Source of the DNA: Eukaryota sp. TZLM1-RC
Lineage: Eukaryota; Protista; Metamonada: BaSk clade
Assembly (NCBI GenBank): GCA_040285825.1
Contig: JAUPSS010000004.1
Span: 3,871,585 to 3,935,584 of the forward strand
Length of the DNA: 64,000 nucleotides
Direction of reading: 5' to 3'
The notes under the pieces were generated by a model. That model did no database searches. It worked only from the letters and a program-made list of their open reading frames with translations, and was not told where the DNA came from. The translations under genes were made by a program, and so were the position numbers. Position 1 is the stretch's first letter, and the number at the start of each line of letters is the position of its first letter. Below, piece after piece: positions 1-12,600 of this stretch.

Positions 1-878
1 CATATAGTCAAATCTTTCTTCACCGTAATCAACAACAAACAGTCAAAAACTGAATGACTAATGATTAGGCAGTCGTTTATGTATCTATAAACAAAGACTC
101 TGCCTTCAAGATTCTTAAATTCAACATTAGTTAGTTTGAGGTCAGAATTAGTTAATTCAAAGTGACCATCGTTAGCAGTAGAATGACGAACAAGAACAGT
201 TTCTAAATCAATAATAGAATCAGTAGTAACAATAGATTGAGATTGACAACCAACAGCATCTACATCATCAAAATCAACAATAGACTTAACAAGGGTAATA
301 AGAGGTTCATCATTAGCACATCCACTAATGACTTTTCCATCAGAATCAACTGGACCTAAAGTTTTGACATTGGTGAAATCCAAGGTTGAGTCATCAGCAT
401 TGATGAATGAACCTGAATAAGAAGAAAAATTGATGAGAACCAAATTAGTTAAAGTAGTTTCTGCACTAGAATTGAAATCAATTAATCTGAAAACAGATGA
501 ATCAAGTACTTTAGAATCAACCAAAGTTACTTTACTGAAGGAAGTATTCAAAAGAGCTTCAGATGGAGTATCAATATTTAAAAGTTGTACACACAAACCT
601 TCAACTTTAGAACCACTCTTTATATCAAAAGCTTTAACTTCAAGATTGTTTAATTGGACATCAGTTGCAGTGAAGTCACAATTGGTTAATTCAACATGTC
701 TAGAAGCTTGTGAATGCACTACATCAACATTAATAAAGGTAACATCTGCATTGTTAATACCAACAAGAGTTTGGGATAAATGACCAGTAAGTGAGGAGTA
801 ATAATAATAATAAGTGAGGGTAGTGGGGTTGGGGTTGGGGGTAGTGGGGGTGGGGGTGCTATTTGTGTGCTCAATCAT
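1..878 (-). CDS. Partial ORF running off the left edge; beta-strand-rich (beta-helix-like) putative surface protein, possibly a relic
   Basis: Manual translation: ATG at 878 (MIEHTNSTPTPTTPNPNPTTLTYYYYYSS...) stays open for 292 codons to position 1; rich in S/T/N/D/V/I with repetitive strand-like motifs. Absent from the ORF track because there is no stop in the window. Confidence 0.55.
   Translation of the reverse strand, partial: MIEHTNSTPTPTTPNPNPTTLTYYYYYSSLTGHLSQTLVGINNADVTFINVDVVHSQASRHVELTNCDFTATDVQLNNLEVKAFDIKSGSKVEGLCVQLLNIDTPSEALLNTSFSKVTLVDSKVLDSSVFRLIDFNSSAETTLTNLVLINFSSYSGSFINADDSTLDFTNVKTLGPVDSDGKVISGCANDEPLITLVKSIVDFDDVDAVGCQSQSIVTTDSIIDLETVLVRHSTANDGHFELTNSDLKLTNVEFKNLEGRVFVYRYINDCLIISHSVFDCLLLITVKKDLTI
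815..858 (+). repeat. G-tract microrepeat (potential G-quadruplex, TTGGGG-like units)
   Basis: GTGAGGGTAGTGGGGTTGGGGTTGGGGGTAGTGGGGGTGGGGGTG: six runs of three or more G in an AT-rich context. Confidence 0.7.
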
Positions 879-1049
879 GGATTGTAAATCTCCAAAATAG
901 GCGTATTCAGTGGAATTGTGACGCTTGGGAAGGAGTCATCCATGGACATCAGTGGTATGGTAGATAATGTAAGGAACACTTCGGGCAAAAACTGCCGTGA
1001 GAAGTAGTCAAGACAAGAAGTTTCATGGAGAAAGAAAAACAGAAGCGGA

Positions 1050-3893
1050 ATGGTGTCATTAGTTGCTACAAAATTCAACAAATTCACCACTATCCCTCAT
1101 CAACTCACATCCATGACAGTAACTGTGAACTTCCAAGACATTCTCTGTAAAGCTGCCAAAAACCCCTTTGAACCTCTCAACATCAGTCAATATGTCTCAC
1201 CTTCGATCATGTTTTCGGATTCATCTCATAAAACCCCGTTTCTACCTTACGCTATCAAGGACATTCCTAAAAACCATCTTCTCCTGATAGAGCGTGGTTT
1301 TTCAATAGTTTGGCCCGCCAAAAAGACCCCAGAAACTACTTGCTGTTCCCTCTGCTCTCTTCGCTCGGCCTTTGAATCAGAGATCTCCCTTCTCAATCAT
1401 GTTCAGCGCAAAGCCTTATTCTCACGACTTTCAGCTCATGCCCTCCCCACTAACCCCTCTTCAGAAGATCTCCATCAATTCGTCATTGAACACTGCTTTC
1501 CTCTCACTCATTCTCAGTACCATGTCCATGCTCGTTCCCGTCACTTGTTTAGGCACTCTCCTGACGAAGGGAGGGGGATCTTTATGCTTGCTTCAAATAT
1601 CCCAGTCGCTTGTGTTCCTAATACCGCTTGTTTTACCATTGCTGATTGCTTATTTATCGTCACTACAACCAAAATTAAATCTGGTTCGTTATTGTTACTT
1701 CCTGTTGATAGCAGGCCTGGTCTGGATTGCCTATCTCTTGGTACTAGTAAGTGTGGAAAGATGTCGAGTGGAGATCAGGAAAAGCTTTATGATGTTTGTG
1801 CCAAGTGCAACTATGAAATTTCGTTATCAACAAAATCTTTATTCGAAGTTTGCTCACTCAGAGCTGGATTGTATCAATCAATCACTGACCCAAAAATTTC
1901 ATTTGATCAGACATATTCAAATTTTCAATCAGTTGCCAGTCAATTACCTCAGGGATTACCTTATTTGCAAATTGATGCCGCTCTGTGTAGATGCCTTCGA
2001 TATATTGATTTAAACTTTCCAAAAGCCGTACGATCTCTTCAATTTGCTTACCAACTATCCAAAACTAACTTGGGTTTCTACAGAAGAAGAGACTTGTTCT
2101 TGAAATTGATAAGAATGGTTGCGATCGAGTATAGTAAAAAAGATTTACCTGAAATTAGTGATAAATGGACCTCTAGGCTTCTTAAATTGACAATCTTTCC
2201 CTTTAACCTCTCAGCTTTTTTTGATCTCTATCTCACCAATTATGTTGATCTTATTGAGTTACCTTCAATTTTGTCCATATTGGAAGATGAAGATTGCGAT
2301 TCTTATGAAGACCCATTTGAAGACTCTGTCGCTATGAATAAACTAGCGGAATTAAACCAAAATTTAAAAAATTTAAAAACTCTGAAGGGTATTAAAAATA
2401 TGACCCCTGTTCCTGAGGAAACCAAAGAAACTATCAACTGTGGATCTAATCAATCAGAATTGATTACCAATCAAATTTCTGATCCAGATAGTAAGAAATC
2501 AATCTTTTCTGATTTATGCAATAGATTTAAAATTCTTTTATTTCAACGTAGATTTGTGTCGTTGCTATCAGTTTTGGGCAGAATACCATTAGATCAATCA
2601 AATCCCGTGTTAAACTTTTTTTCTGCTATTTGTTATCAAGCTTGTGGTCAGTTTGAGACAAGTATTGAAATTTTCAACGCCTTGTCGAAAATTTCAAATG
2701 AATCTCCAATGAGCTCTACTATTAACCAAGTGATTAAAGAAGCAATGTATGGAAATTTTGATTTAGCTTCAATATTTGAAGAGTATTCTACTGATCCTTA
2801 CTCTGGTTGCCTCCATTCAGAATATAGATCAAAATTGATCAAAGTCAACCAAAGTCCTCCAAATGGTCTGGGAATTTCTGCTGTCGAAGACATCAAAGTT
2901 GGAGAGTTTCTATTGGTGGAAAGAGCTCTAATCACCCAGTTTCCAAACTCTGAAGATGACGTTTCCAATCAAAATATTGATCCTTTGAGCTCTATTGCAC
3001 GAAAAATTCAACATTTAGAGGATGAAATACCTGAAAATTTAAAAATTTCTCTGTTGAGTTCTCCATGTCGAGTTGGCTGGTCAAACATAGTCAAGAAGCT
3101 CAAAAAGGAAGCTCACAAAACACCATCATTAAATACCATCAAGAAGTCATTAGAATCGAACTTGTTTCCTCTCTCCCATCGGCAATTTTGTTTTCACCCC
3201 CCTCCAAAAGAAACTAGTCTTGGTGGGTTTGGGGTGTTTTTGACCGCATCACGTTTCTCGCACACGTGTGCTCCCAACGCTGTTTACTTTACTGTAGGCG
3301 ACTTGATTTTCATTCGAGTAGTTAAACCAATCTCAAAGGGTGAGTCTGTTTCTATTAGAAGAATTGTTTCGGCTCCTAATGGGGAATTTTTCCCTTGCAG
3401 TTGCTGTGTTTGCAAAGCCGAAATTGAGTCAAACGATAACAAAGGTAACAGCTTTACATTATTGAAAAAAGTGACAAAGTTACTTTTTTCCTCCCCTTTT
3501 TCTTCTTCATTCGATGCCATATTTGATAGGTTTAGGTCAACCTTAGACTCAATGCCTTCAAGATACCCCCCACTATCAGCTGAAGCTTTTACCAGAGCTG
3601 CTCAGTTTAAGGTTTCGCAATTTGAGTTTGAGGCCGCCAGAGATTACTTGGATATTGCCTTTCAAGATTTGTTACTACCAGAATCCAGTGGAGTTGATGT
3701 TCTTCCTTTTATAGAAGTTTGTGTCTCCCTTATAGATTACTATTTGGATTGTGGTAATATTCAAGAAATTTCTGAAATGGAACGAAGAATTAAAAAATTA
3801 GTAATTTTGATTGGAATTGATGGCAATGATGATGCCCTCTGCGGAAAATTAGTTAAACAAATGAGAATTAAGAAGCAAAGTGACGTTTGGTAG
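1050..3893 (+). CDS. SMYD-like protein with two SET-like domains and helical/TPR-like segments
   Basis: 947-aa ORF. C-terminal SET: GLGISAVEDIKVGEFLLVE...GFGVFLTASRFSHTCAPNA...IRVVKPISKGESVSI with post-SET CSCCVC. Degenerate N-terminal copy: AIKDIPKNHLLLIE...GRGIFMLASNIPVACVPN...TTKIKSGSLL. Confidence 0.75.
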   Translation: MVSLVATKFNKFTTIPHQLTSMTVTVNFQDILCKAAKNPFEPLNISQYVSPSIMFSDSSHKTPFLPYAIKDIPKNHLLLIERGFSIVWPAKKTPETTCCSLCSLRSAFESEISLLNHVQRKALFSRLSAHALPTNPSSEDLHQFVIEHCFPLTHSQYHVHARSRHLFRHSPDEGRGIFMLASNIPVACVPNTACFTIADCLFIVTTTKIKSGSLLLLPVDSRPGLDCLSLGTSKCGKMSSGDQEKLYDVCAKCNYEISLSTKSLFEVCSLRAGLYQSITDPKISFDQTYSNFQSVASQLPQGLPYLQIDAALCRCLRYIDLNFPKAVRSLQFAYQLSKTNLGFYRRRDLFLKLIRMVAIEYSKKDLPEISDKWTSRLLKLTIFPFNLSAFFDLYLTNYVDLIELPSILSILEDEDCDSYEDPFEDSVAMNKLAELNQNLKNLKTLKGIKNMTPVPEETKETINCGSNQSELITNQISDPDSKKSIFSDLCNRFKILLFQRRFVSLLSVLGRIPLDQSNPVLNFFSAICYQACGQFETSIEIFNALSKISNESPMSSTINQVIKEAMYGNFDLASIFEEYSTDPYSGCLHSEYRSKLIKVNQSPPNGLGISAVEDIKVGEFLLVERALITQFPNSEDDVSNQNIDPLSSIARKIQHLEDEIPENLKISLLSSPCRVGWSNIVKKLKKEAHKTPSLNTIKKSLESNLFPLSHRQFCFHPPPKETSLGGFGVFLTASRFSHTCAPNAVYFTVGDLIFIRVVKPISKGESVSIRRIVSAPNGEFFPCSCCVCKAEIESNDNKGNSFTLLKKVTKLLFSSPFSSSFDAIFDRFRSTLDSMPSRYPPLSAEAFTRAAQFKVSQFEFEAARDYLDIAFQDLLLPESSGVDVLPFIEVCVSLIDYYLDCGNIQEISEMERRIKKLVILIGIDGNDDALCGKLVKQMRIKKQSDVW

Positions 3894-4719
3894 TGTTCAA
3901 TAAATATTTAATAATTGTTCTTTTTTCATCTTTTTTGTCTTTTCTACTGGTTATTTTCTTTTTTTTGCATTCTTTTTTAGTTTAAGTTTGGGTTTTCCAC
4001 CCTAACTATCCGGGTTTTACGAATATCTTGACAGCTTTAAGTAAGCAACATGAGCAAACATTGTTGATGTGGAGTTACAACAAGTGTACCAAGCAAGGAA
4101 TGGGTTCTTACTCTTTAAAGCAAAACATAGTTCTTTTCTTACCCAGGAAAACTATCATAAACTGTAGCAAGTTGAGTCTCACTCATTTCTTCAACTTTCT
4201 CAGGGTTCATGGCTGTAATGTAGATGTAGTATATTTGATAACTTTAAATTTAGTCACCAGGATTGAGAGTTGCAAATGGTGAAATTAGTTTGGTGTATTA
4301 ATGGTTTGGGTCAATGGAAGCAATAACATTTTCTCTTTTTAATAAATTGAGTTCATTTTCACTTAAATATAATTTACAATACTGTTTTTCTTTCTTTTTC
4401 TGTTTGCTTGTCTTGACCCTTTTTCATATAATCCCTTTGTGTTGAATCAATACCCCCATAAGGCTTAACCATAGTCCCAATGATTGAATCAAACAAATGT
4501 ACAATTGATATCTATGATCCCGAACCAACATTCATGTTCAGGATCTTTTTCCAAGTTTTAAGCTTTTTTAACGACCTCATCATCGCTTTCCATTTAACCC
4601 GTGACCAATTGAAGAAATTTGACAAATTAGACTTTTCATTCTTTCATTTTTAGTTACAATTTTGCATATTTTTTTGGCCCGTGGCTATTATAATTGGTTT
4701 TAAATTAGTCTAGTTTGAG

Positions 4720-4940
4720 TTTGAACTTCCACACTAAACAAAATAAAATCATAACTAATGGGACGAAATTCAATGAACCAAGTTTTCCCCTACAAAATCT
4801 TGATCTGCTTGCTGTCTAGCTAAAGCTCCTCTAATTGGATTGAAAAACCGAGGTAATCTCTTAATAATGGTAAATTGAATTTGAGAGCGCCATAACCAGA
4901 TATCAAATCTTTTTATTGTTTTTCCTTGAACCATTTTTTT
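4720..4940 (-). mobile_element. 3' end fragment of CRE-like non-LTR retrotransposon (family A)
   Basis: Close DNA match to 5185-5410 and to the reverse complement of 33230-33440 (e.g. tacaaaatcttgatctgcttgctgtctagctaaagc). Confidence 0.8.
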
Positions 4941-5184
4941 AGGTTACAATACAATGTGTTATTAATGGTTTAATCATTGATTTTTCTTGTTGTATTGACG
5001 AACTTCTGTTTCTCTTCATAATGCTTGAGTCAATAAAGTTCTAGTGCACAACAATAGTTTAACTTGAAGTTCATCAATTTTCTTTACATTTTGAAGAATT
5101 TGACAAGTTTTTGTTATAGAAACAATAATTGAGTTTTAGACATTGGAAATTTGATAAATGTGCCAAGAAGCCAACATAAATAAA

Positions 5185-5905
5185 ATTTATTGAATTTGCA
5201 CACTTGATTAAATTAAATCATAACTAATGGGACGACTATCATTAAACCAAGATTTCCTCTACAAAATCTTGATTTGCTTGCTGTCTAGCTAAAGCTTCTC
5301 TAATTCAATTGAAAAACCGCGGTAATCTATTAATAATGGCAAATTGAATCCGTGAACGCCATAAAAAAATATCAAATCTTTTCATTGTTTTTTCTTTCAC
5401 CATTTTTTGGAAGTCATCCAAAAAAGTTTCTGCTTCAACTGATAATCTTCCATTTATCGAAAATGGGAAAGCAATAAAAACCAGCTGTGTATTTCTATCG
5501 ACATTTGCATCTTCAATTTCTTTATCATATTTTCTATGTTTTTCTTTTGCTTTAAAATCCAGAGCAGCCACAGGATTAAGTTTTCTTCTGTGAACCAAAG
5601 TATCGTTTGCAACATTACATGAGACAAAGTCAACAATAGCTTCAGAATTTTCAATCCAATCACAGTATACATCACCTCTATCATCAGAACCAAAATTATT
5701 CAGAGAAAGTGTTTCCTTCAGCAGGGGCTCTTTGATACACGATATCCTTGCAGTTTGTGCCATATTGAAAACAGTGTCTCTAACAGCATCATGTAATGAA
5801 GAACGATAAGTTATCAATTTAGAGCAATTTAGAGCATGGCGCAAAGTGAGTTGAGGTGAATTCGAACAAATACATTTTTCTTTTGATAATAATTGGTTAA
5901 TGGGG
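5185..5905 (-). mobile_element. 5'-truncated CRE-like non-LTR retrotransposon (family A): zinc knuckle plus restriction-like endonuclease (RLE)
   Basis: ORF 5305-5844: HALNC...HDAVRD, KEP, RGDVY, VDFVS, K..KY, FPFSINGRL are RLE-type motifs; homologous to 32717-33440. Confidence 0.85.
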
Positions 5906-6689
5906 ACATAACCAATCTATATATCTATATATTGTTATAGATGAATTCATTGATTAGTACCTCAAATAATTGAAGCTTACCATTATGTTACAGCATTTCT
6001 CAAGGTTGATCAATAGACCCTGTGCTCAATATCTTTAGTACTTGTAAAGTGCCTTTTTCATACAGTTAAACGTTTATAGAATTTGCGACAAACTACATCA
6101 TCTTCTTCCCCAATAATTTAAAATATTCAACAAAGAATACAGTTTAAACAAAGTAATGATTGAAGTGAACGTATGTATCGAAAAGATTGCTAATATTCTT
6201 CTGAAACACATTTTAAAATTGTCCTTATTAACCATTAACTGAGTGGTATTATTTTCAACACTGTTTTTTAAAGCATACATCCTTTCCTAATTAATTGAAT
6301 TATGTCATCAATGTATTTTTTCTTTTGAATTTGTTGTACTTCTTTTGGCGAAATCAGAGGAAATATTTGGTCAGTTAGCTTCAAGTGAAAGAACTTCCAA
6401 CATGGAAAGGGTTCATTCTCAATTTTTTGGCCAACTGAGTCTAAAAATTCATCAGAAATTGGAACTTTGTTTGATTGAAATTAGATTTGAATGTGGTCTT
6501 GTAGGCAACTTTGTAAATGATTATATTACAGAAAAAGGTTTACCATTGATAAATCAGGATCTGGTACTCATGTAAGGAGGTAATTAGTACTTTTGTAAAT
6601 GAAGCTACTGAGGCTTTTTGACCATAATGCAGAAGCTTCAAACAGAAAAAGAAACAAAAAAATCTTTATAAACTGTACAATAATTACAA

Positions 6690-9600
6690 TCAACTGACAA
6701 TGATCTCTTCTTCCTCACTTTCATCTTCTTGTGTATTGGGTCTTTCCTTCAAGGCTACTCCTGCTGCCGAAAATCCAGTATTGACAGCTGTCTGAGTATT
6801 AAAGGAAGAACCATCAGTTCCAGATTGCCTTGCCATTTCCCAAGCCAAGCGTAATTTTCTTATTGATAAAAAGGATCTGATTGGTCCAATGGCAACAATA
6901 ATGAGCATTATAAAAGCATTAATTAGATGGACAGCAACTAAAAAAGGTTCAATAAGAGACGAAAAATTAGGCATTTTCATTAAGGTGAACCCAGAGATTG
7001 CTGTAACAGTAATAGAGAACCTGCTGAAAACATCCATAAACACCTCATAACCATCAGAAAGAGGTTTTGTTACCCAACTGAGCACAAAAACTAAGCCAAC
7101 AATGATGGAAGAAATCAAAAACGACAATTCTCCCAAGTTGATGACCATAAACACAGACAAAAACAATAAGGACCCCTTTTCAATCATGTGAATAACCTTC
7201 CAATACCGCAGTGGTCTTCTATAGGCAGCAAAAAGATAGCTTTGGGCAGTGGAAAATTCTTGACATGCTGATGAATATTTTTTTCTTATTTCCTTTTTCA
7301 AACGTTTAATTTCATCTTGAAAACCTGGTGGTGTATCTCTTTTTAATTGGTCAATTCTGTCAAGCAATTCTTTTCTTTTTGCTTTCAAATTATAATTTCT
7401 ATCAATAAGGGCAACACCTTTTCTTATTAAAAAGAAAAAGAAAATGGGAATAGAAAACATAAACAATGCTCCCATTACAGCATTAATCAACTGAAAAGTC
7501 GTAAAGTCTTGGAAAGTCTCCCCACATTTTTGAGCGGGTAACGTGGCAATCACCAGTTCACCATCGATTTCCTTACATATAAAAGTTGATAATATAGTTC
7601 TTGAAACCGGCATAAAAAGAATTGTCAGAGAAAAAAGACAAATTCTTCTTTTTGTTTTGATAAAATTAAACCAATAAGCTGAATTCTTTTGGTTACTTCT
7701 GAAAGATTTTGCAAGTTTAAAATACAAAAGAAACACCACACTCCATAAAACAAACGTAGCAACCAAAAAGCCCATAGAGTCCCCACTGGGCCAATTACCT
7801 GAGATAATCAATGAGATTGACCCGAAATCGACAAGCAACACCGATGATAAGATGAACAACAGAATACCAACAAAGTATATATTCAGAGTTAGCCTTTTGT
7901 GTCGTTTCCAGTAGAGAACATAACGTAACTTCCATTTGTTGTAATTAAAATCATAAAAATATAAAACGGTAAATATCAATGGTAGCATAATGAAAGTGCC
8001 ATACTTGATATAATCAAAGTAATCAAAATCAAGACGTAGCCAATCAAAACTGATTGAGAAAGGAATAGTAAGATACTCATACCAAATAATGAATTGAGGC
8101 CACTCAATATTAATGTTAAATGCAAACAGCAAGCCCAAAATCTGGAAGAAACCAGTAATAATTTCCAGTTTAGTCAAAAAAGAACCCAAAGTCATGAAAA
8201 AGGGAGTTTTGAGGGCATTTGTGTAGGCTACAGATATTAAACCTGAAAACCTTTCAAAATTGACGTCAACATTGACTTCTTCAGAATTTTGATCTTCATG
8301 ATTATCATCATCGATTGAATTTGATTGATCATCATCAGACTGATTTCCTTCATTTTCTGATGGATTTTGACCTCCATTGCCTCGATGACTATTATTTCCG
8401 TCTTGGTGATGGTCATTCCCATTGTTTCCTTCATTTTCTGATTGATTTTGACCTCCATTGCCTCGATGACTATTATTTCCGTCTTGGTGATGGTCATTCC
8501 CATTGTTTCCTTCATTTTCTGATTGATTTTGACCTCCATTGCCTCGATGACTATTATTTCCGTCTTGGTGATGGTCATTCCCATTGTTTCCTTCATTTTC
8601 TGATTGATTTTGACCTCCATTGCCTCGATGACTATTATTTCCGTCTTGGTGATGGTCATTCCCATTGTTTCCTTGATTTTCTGATGGATTTTGACTCATT
8701 GGTTGAGCCGATGTACTTGACTTTACTGGCATTGCTGTATTAACCTGTTTGCTGACAACACGTGATTGACCACTTTCCATTTTGGTAGAGCCAATAGCTC
8801 CAGGTCCTGCAGCGGGCTTCTTTTTTCCTTTTTCCTCACGAAGTTCCAAAGTATCTGAAGAGATTTGATCTGTTTGACTAACCTTACAAACAACAGGATT
8901 CAATAGCTCTTCACTTGGACGTTGCAAGAAATCTAAACCAGAGGAGCGAACCATTTTTTCGCAAATTGAATGAGCATTGCTTCGTTCTTCCAAAGTAATT
9001 TCTGTAGAATTTAAAATTTTCAGAGAAGGGATAAGAAAAATGGCCATGAATCTAATATTTGAAATTTTCTTGAAAGCAGGGACATCAATTGACAAATTCT
9101 CAACTGGAAGGTAAGCCAAGCACCTTAAAATTGCTACAAAATGCTGTTCAGAAAAACTACTTCCAAAAGGTTTCAAATCAATATTATAAAGTCTATTAGG
9201 TGAGAAGTTACCGAATTCCAAAAGAAAATTAAACGCATTCAACTGATAAGGATTAAGACCAAAAACATTGGGAATGTTCTCTAAACTATGCAAACCTCTC
9301 AGTTTGGAACACACCAGTTCAAAATAAGTTTCAATTTCATCAGTTGATTTATCAACAGTACTTTTGAGAAGATACAAATACTTGAGGTTGGCGCAATAAG
9401 ATAAAGCGTCAATTAATAGTGGCAAATCTTTAAATTTATTATCGCAAAGATTTAAATGCACCAAGGAAGGAAAACTGGAAATTTCATTTAAATTTTGTGA
9501 AAACTCTGTCAAATCGTTATGGGAGAGATCAATAGAGATCAAATGTGAATATTTGGACAATGATTTGATTGAAGACAGACCACAATGGTTTAATTTGATG

Positions 9601-12600
9601 GTATTATTTCCGGAAAGTACACCTTGTCTATGTGCTACTAGGTCAATTTTGAAAGAATCAGCGGCTTTGTTTGAAATATTGGAAAATTTGACAACATCTA
9701 ATGGAGAAATTTCACGAGAGTCGATAAATCTTAAATTACAATCAACTCTTTTGATACAATTCAGTTTTTTCAATAAAGACTCGTAATAACTACTTGAATT
9801 TGTACAAGGATTAGAACCAATTCCTAATTGGACAAGGGTTGGTAATTCATCTACTAACTTGGCTAATTGATTTAAGTCTTTTAATTCATTGTTACAAAGG
9901 TTTAAAAATTCAAGACTTTTGAGAGAATTAATGGCAGAATACTGAATTGATTCATTAAATAAGTTATTATTAGACAAATTAAGCTGTTTGAGATTGGGAA
10001 AATCAGAGAAATTGACCAAAGATAGGGACTTTCCTGATAAATCCAGACTGGTAACGTCAGCAGGGTTAAAATCCTCGGGTAATAAGGAGAATAACACTGA
10101 CCTAAACCTGTACACTTCAACATCAGTAACACTTCCTCCACACCTTTTCCAACATTTACATACATAATCATGATCAATTATGACGTCATCAATAGCAATC
10201 AAACTACGTGGCACTTGTCGACACAGTTCAAAATTACCAATCAAATTGATTTCATAAGAATTATTTCGACACATTGGATTACCAGCAAGACCCAATACCG
10301 TGAGCTTGGTTAAAGGTACCAAATGGGAAAGTAGGCTGGTTAATATAGAAAAGGAGTTATTTCGTAAATCTAGTAATTGTAATTCAGAACATTTTCCAAT
10401 AAAACTATCTTTTAAAGAAGAAATATTATTTTTGGCCAAAATTAATCTTCTTAAACCCACAAATCGACTTAAATCTACTGCCACCAGTTCCAAAGACACC
10501 AATTTCAATTCATTTACCATGGATAAATTAGAATTTGTAAGTGTGGGGTACATAAAATTAATAGCAGCTTTGAACATCAAAGAATGACACTTTGAATCAG
10601 AAAGACCACCTGATCGCCAAATTTCGAGTCGTTCCTTCATAGTAATTGGTGAATCTACTGTCTTTAGTTGAGAATCTGGGGATTGAAGGCTCGCAATGAG
10701 AGACAAAAAAAGTGACCTGTCGTGACTGTTGTTGATCATTGGACATGGGTGGAAATAGACTATTTGAATATTTGGAAGGTTATCGATTAATTGACTGCAG
10801 TTATCCATTTCATGACTGGGAAAGTGATTATGTCGACAGTCCAAAACTGCGAGATTTGATAGTTTTTCTATTCCAAAAGAAGAAAGCGATTCAAAACCAC
10901 AATCAGCAATATTAAGTGCTTCTAAATTTAGAAACATTCCAAAATTAACAACACTTCTATCAAAATCAAACTTCAACCTTCCTTCAAGATTAATTTCCTT
11001 TACTAGTTCCAAACTGTAAGCATTGCCCGGAATGATTTCTTTAGGGAGCCAGTTAATTGGATCTTTTGCAAACAATAGAGTTAGAGTTGAATTGAAAAAG
11101 TATTGATTAATACTTAATTCTAAATCAGGATTCTTTTGCTTAATCAAAACAAGAGCATTCACTCTTTCTAAAATGGAAACTTCAACGTCATCAATTACTG
11201 AAAGATGGGGACAGGGGGTTAATAACCGTGCAATGAGTTGTATTCTAAAAGAATTTAAATCATGACTAGATAGATTGGCATTACGAGATGTAATGTTCAG
11301 ATGACAAAGTGACGAAAGTTTGTCAAGTTCAGGTAAAATTCTATCTAGATTGATTGGATTCCCCGATATATTCAAAAATTTCACCTTATTTAGACCAGTA
11401 AAGTCCACAAATTCCAAATTATTATTACTCAAATCTAACAATTCCAATGAAGAAAACAATTTTAAATCAACTGAACCCAATCCAGCATTGGAAAACCTAC
11501 CAGATTTAATACTTTTTACCTTGTCAGTAACATCTGAAGAGTAAAGTTCTCTATGACCTATGGTGGAAATACAAACAAGGGTCCACCTATACTCATTAGC
11601 AATGGTTTCAGACATCCCAAAGGCAATACAAGAATCAACAAGCTCTCCTATTGTAACCACTTGACCATCGAGGTAATTGATACCAGGCTGGTTATTAGTA
11701 CCTTTGGAAAACCTACAAGAATAGATGATAAACTGTCTGTAATTGGTAGGGTAATTGTTATTTGATATAGATAAATCAGAGAGACTTGGAATTAGAGAAA
11801 GAATTTTGAAATCATTTTGATTGGATAATTGATTGTTTGACAAATCGACTGTTGTCAAGCGATCCAAATAGGCAAGTCCTGTATTTTCAAGGGAAGTCAA
11901 ACGATTTCCAGACAAATATAACCGTTCCAAAGCTTTAAATTCATCTAAAAAAACACAGCTCAATTCACAATTTTTAGCTTGAATTTCCCTTATATGAAAA
12001 GGCAACCATGACGTCATTGATTGAATAACTGATTGGTTCATTACCACCAAATCCCAAAGCAACAATCCCAAGTTGTTTTTATATTCATCAGGACCAAATT
12101 TGTTGATCCAAGTGCCTCTGTCTTTTGGTTGAACACAAGAGTTATTTAAAACCCGAAGATACCTAAAACAACCAATCATTTGATTGACAATGCTACTTTT
12201 AATTCCCGTGTCTACAAGATTTAAATTTTCAATTAATGGACAATTATTGGTAAACTTGGGGACGTCAACCTTACTTAGTGGATTTGTTTCCAAATCTAAA
12301 ACTCTAATAGACCTAGAGGAGAGTTTTTCAATAGAACGGAGGTTGGAATTGGCAAGTAAAAGGTATTGAAGTCCAGTAAAGTCAGCTTGAATTGTGGAAA
12401 AGAGAAGGTCAAAATCACGTTGGGAGAGTCTTGTATTGGATAGGTTTAGGTAAAGTAATTGTGATCGATCATACACTTTGCTTAGCTGTTCAAAACCTGA
12501 GCATTGTTGGTTGGGTGTGAGCTTGTCTAACGGGGTGATTCCGGGTAAGTTGAGTGAGAACGGACCAGGGATGAACTTGAAAGAAGGAGTGGAGTTACGT

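Noticed and set aside
430-783. 117-aa + strand ORF
   Set aside because: Antisense shadow of the longer minus-strand ORF at 1-878.
1372-2013. 213-aa hydrophobic alternative-frame ORF
   Set aside because: Nested in the SET gene, has no ATG start, and its composition is explained by codon bias in the shifted frame.
8237-8743. Overlapping 142-aa ORFs in alternative frames
   Set aside because: By-product of the stop-free 81-bp repeat inside the LRR gene.
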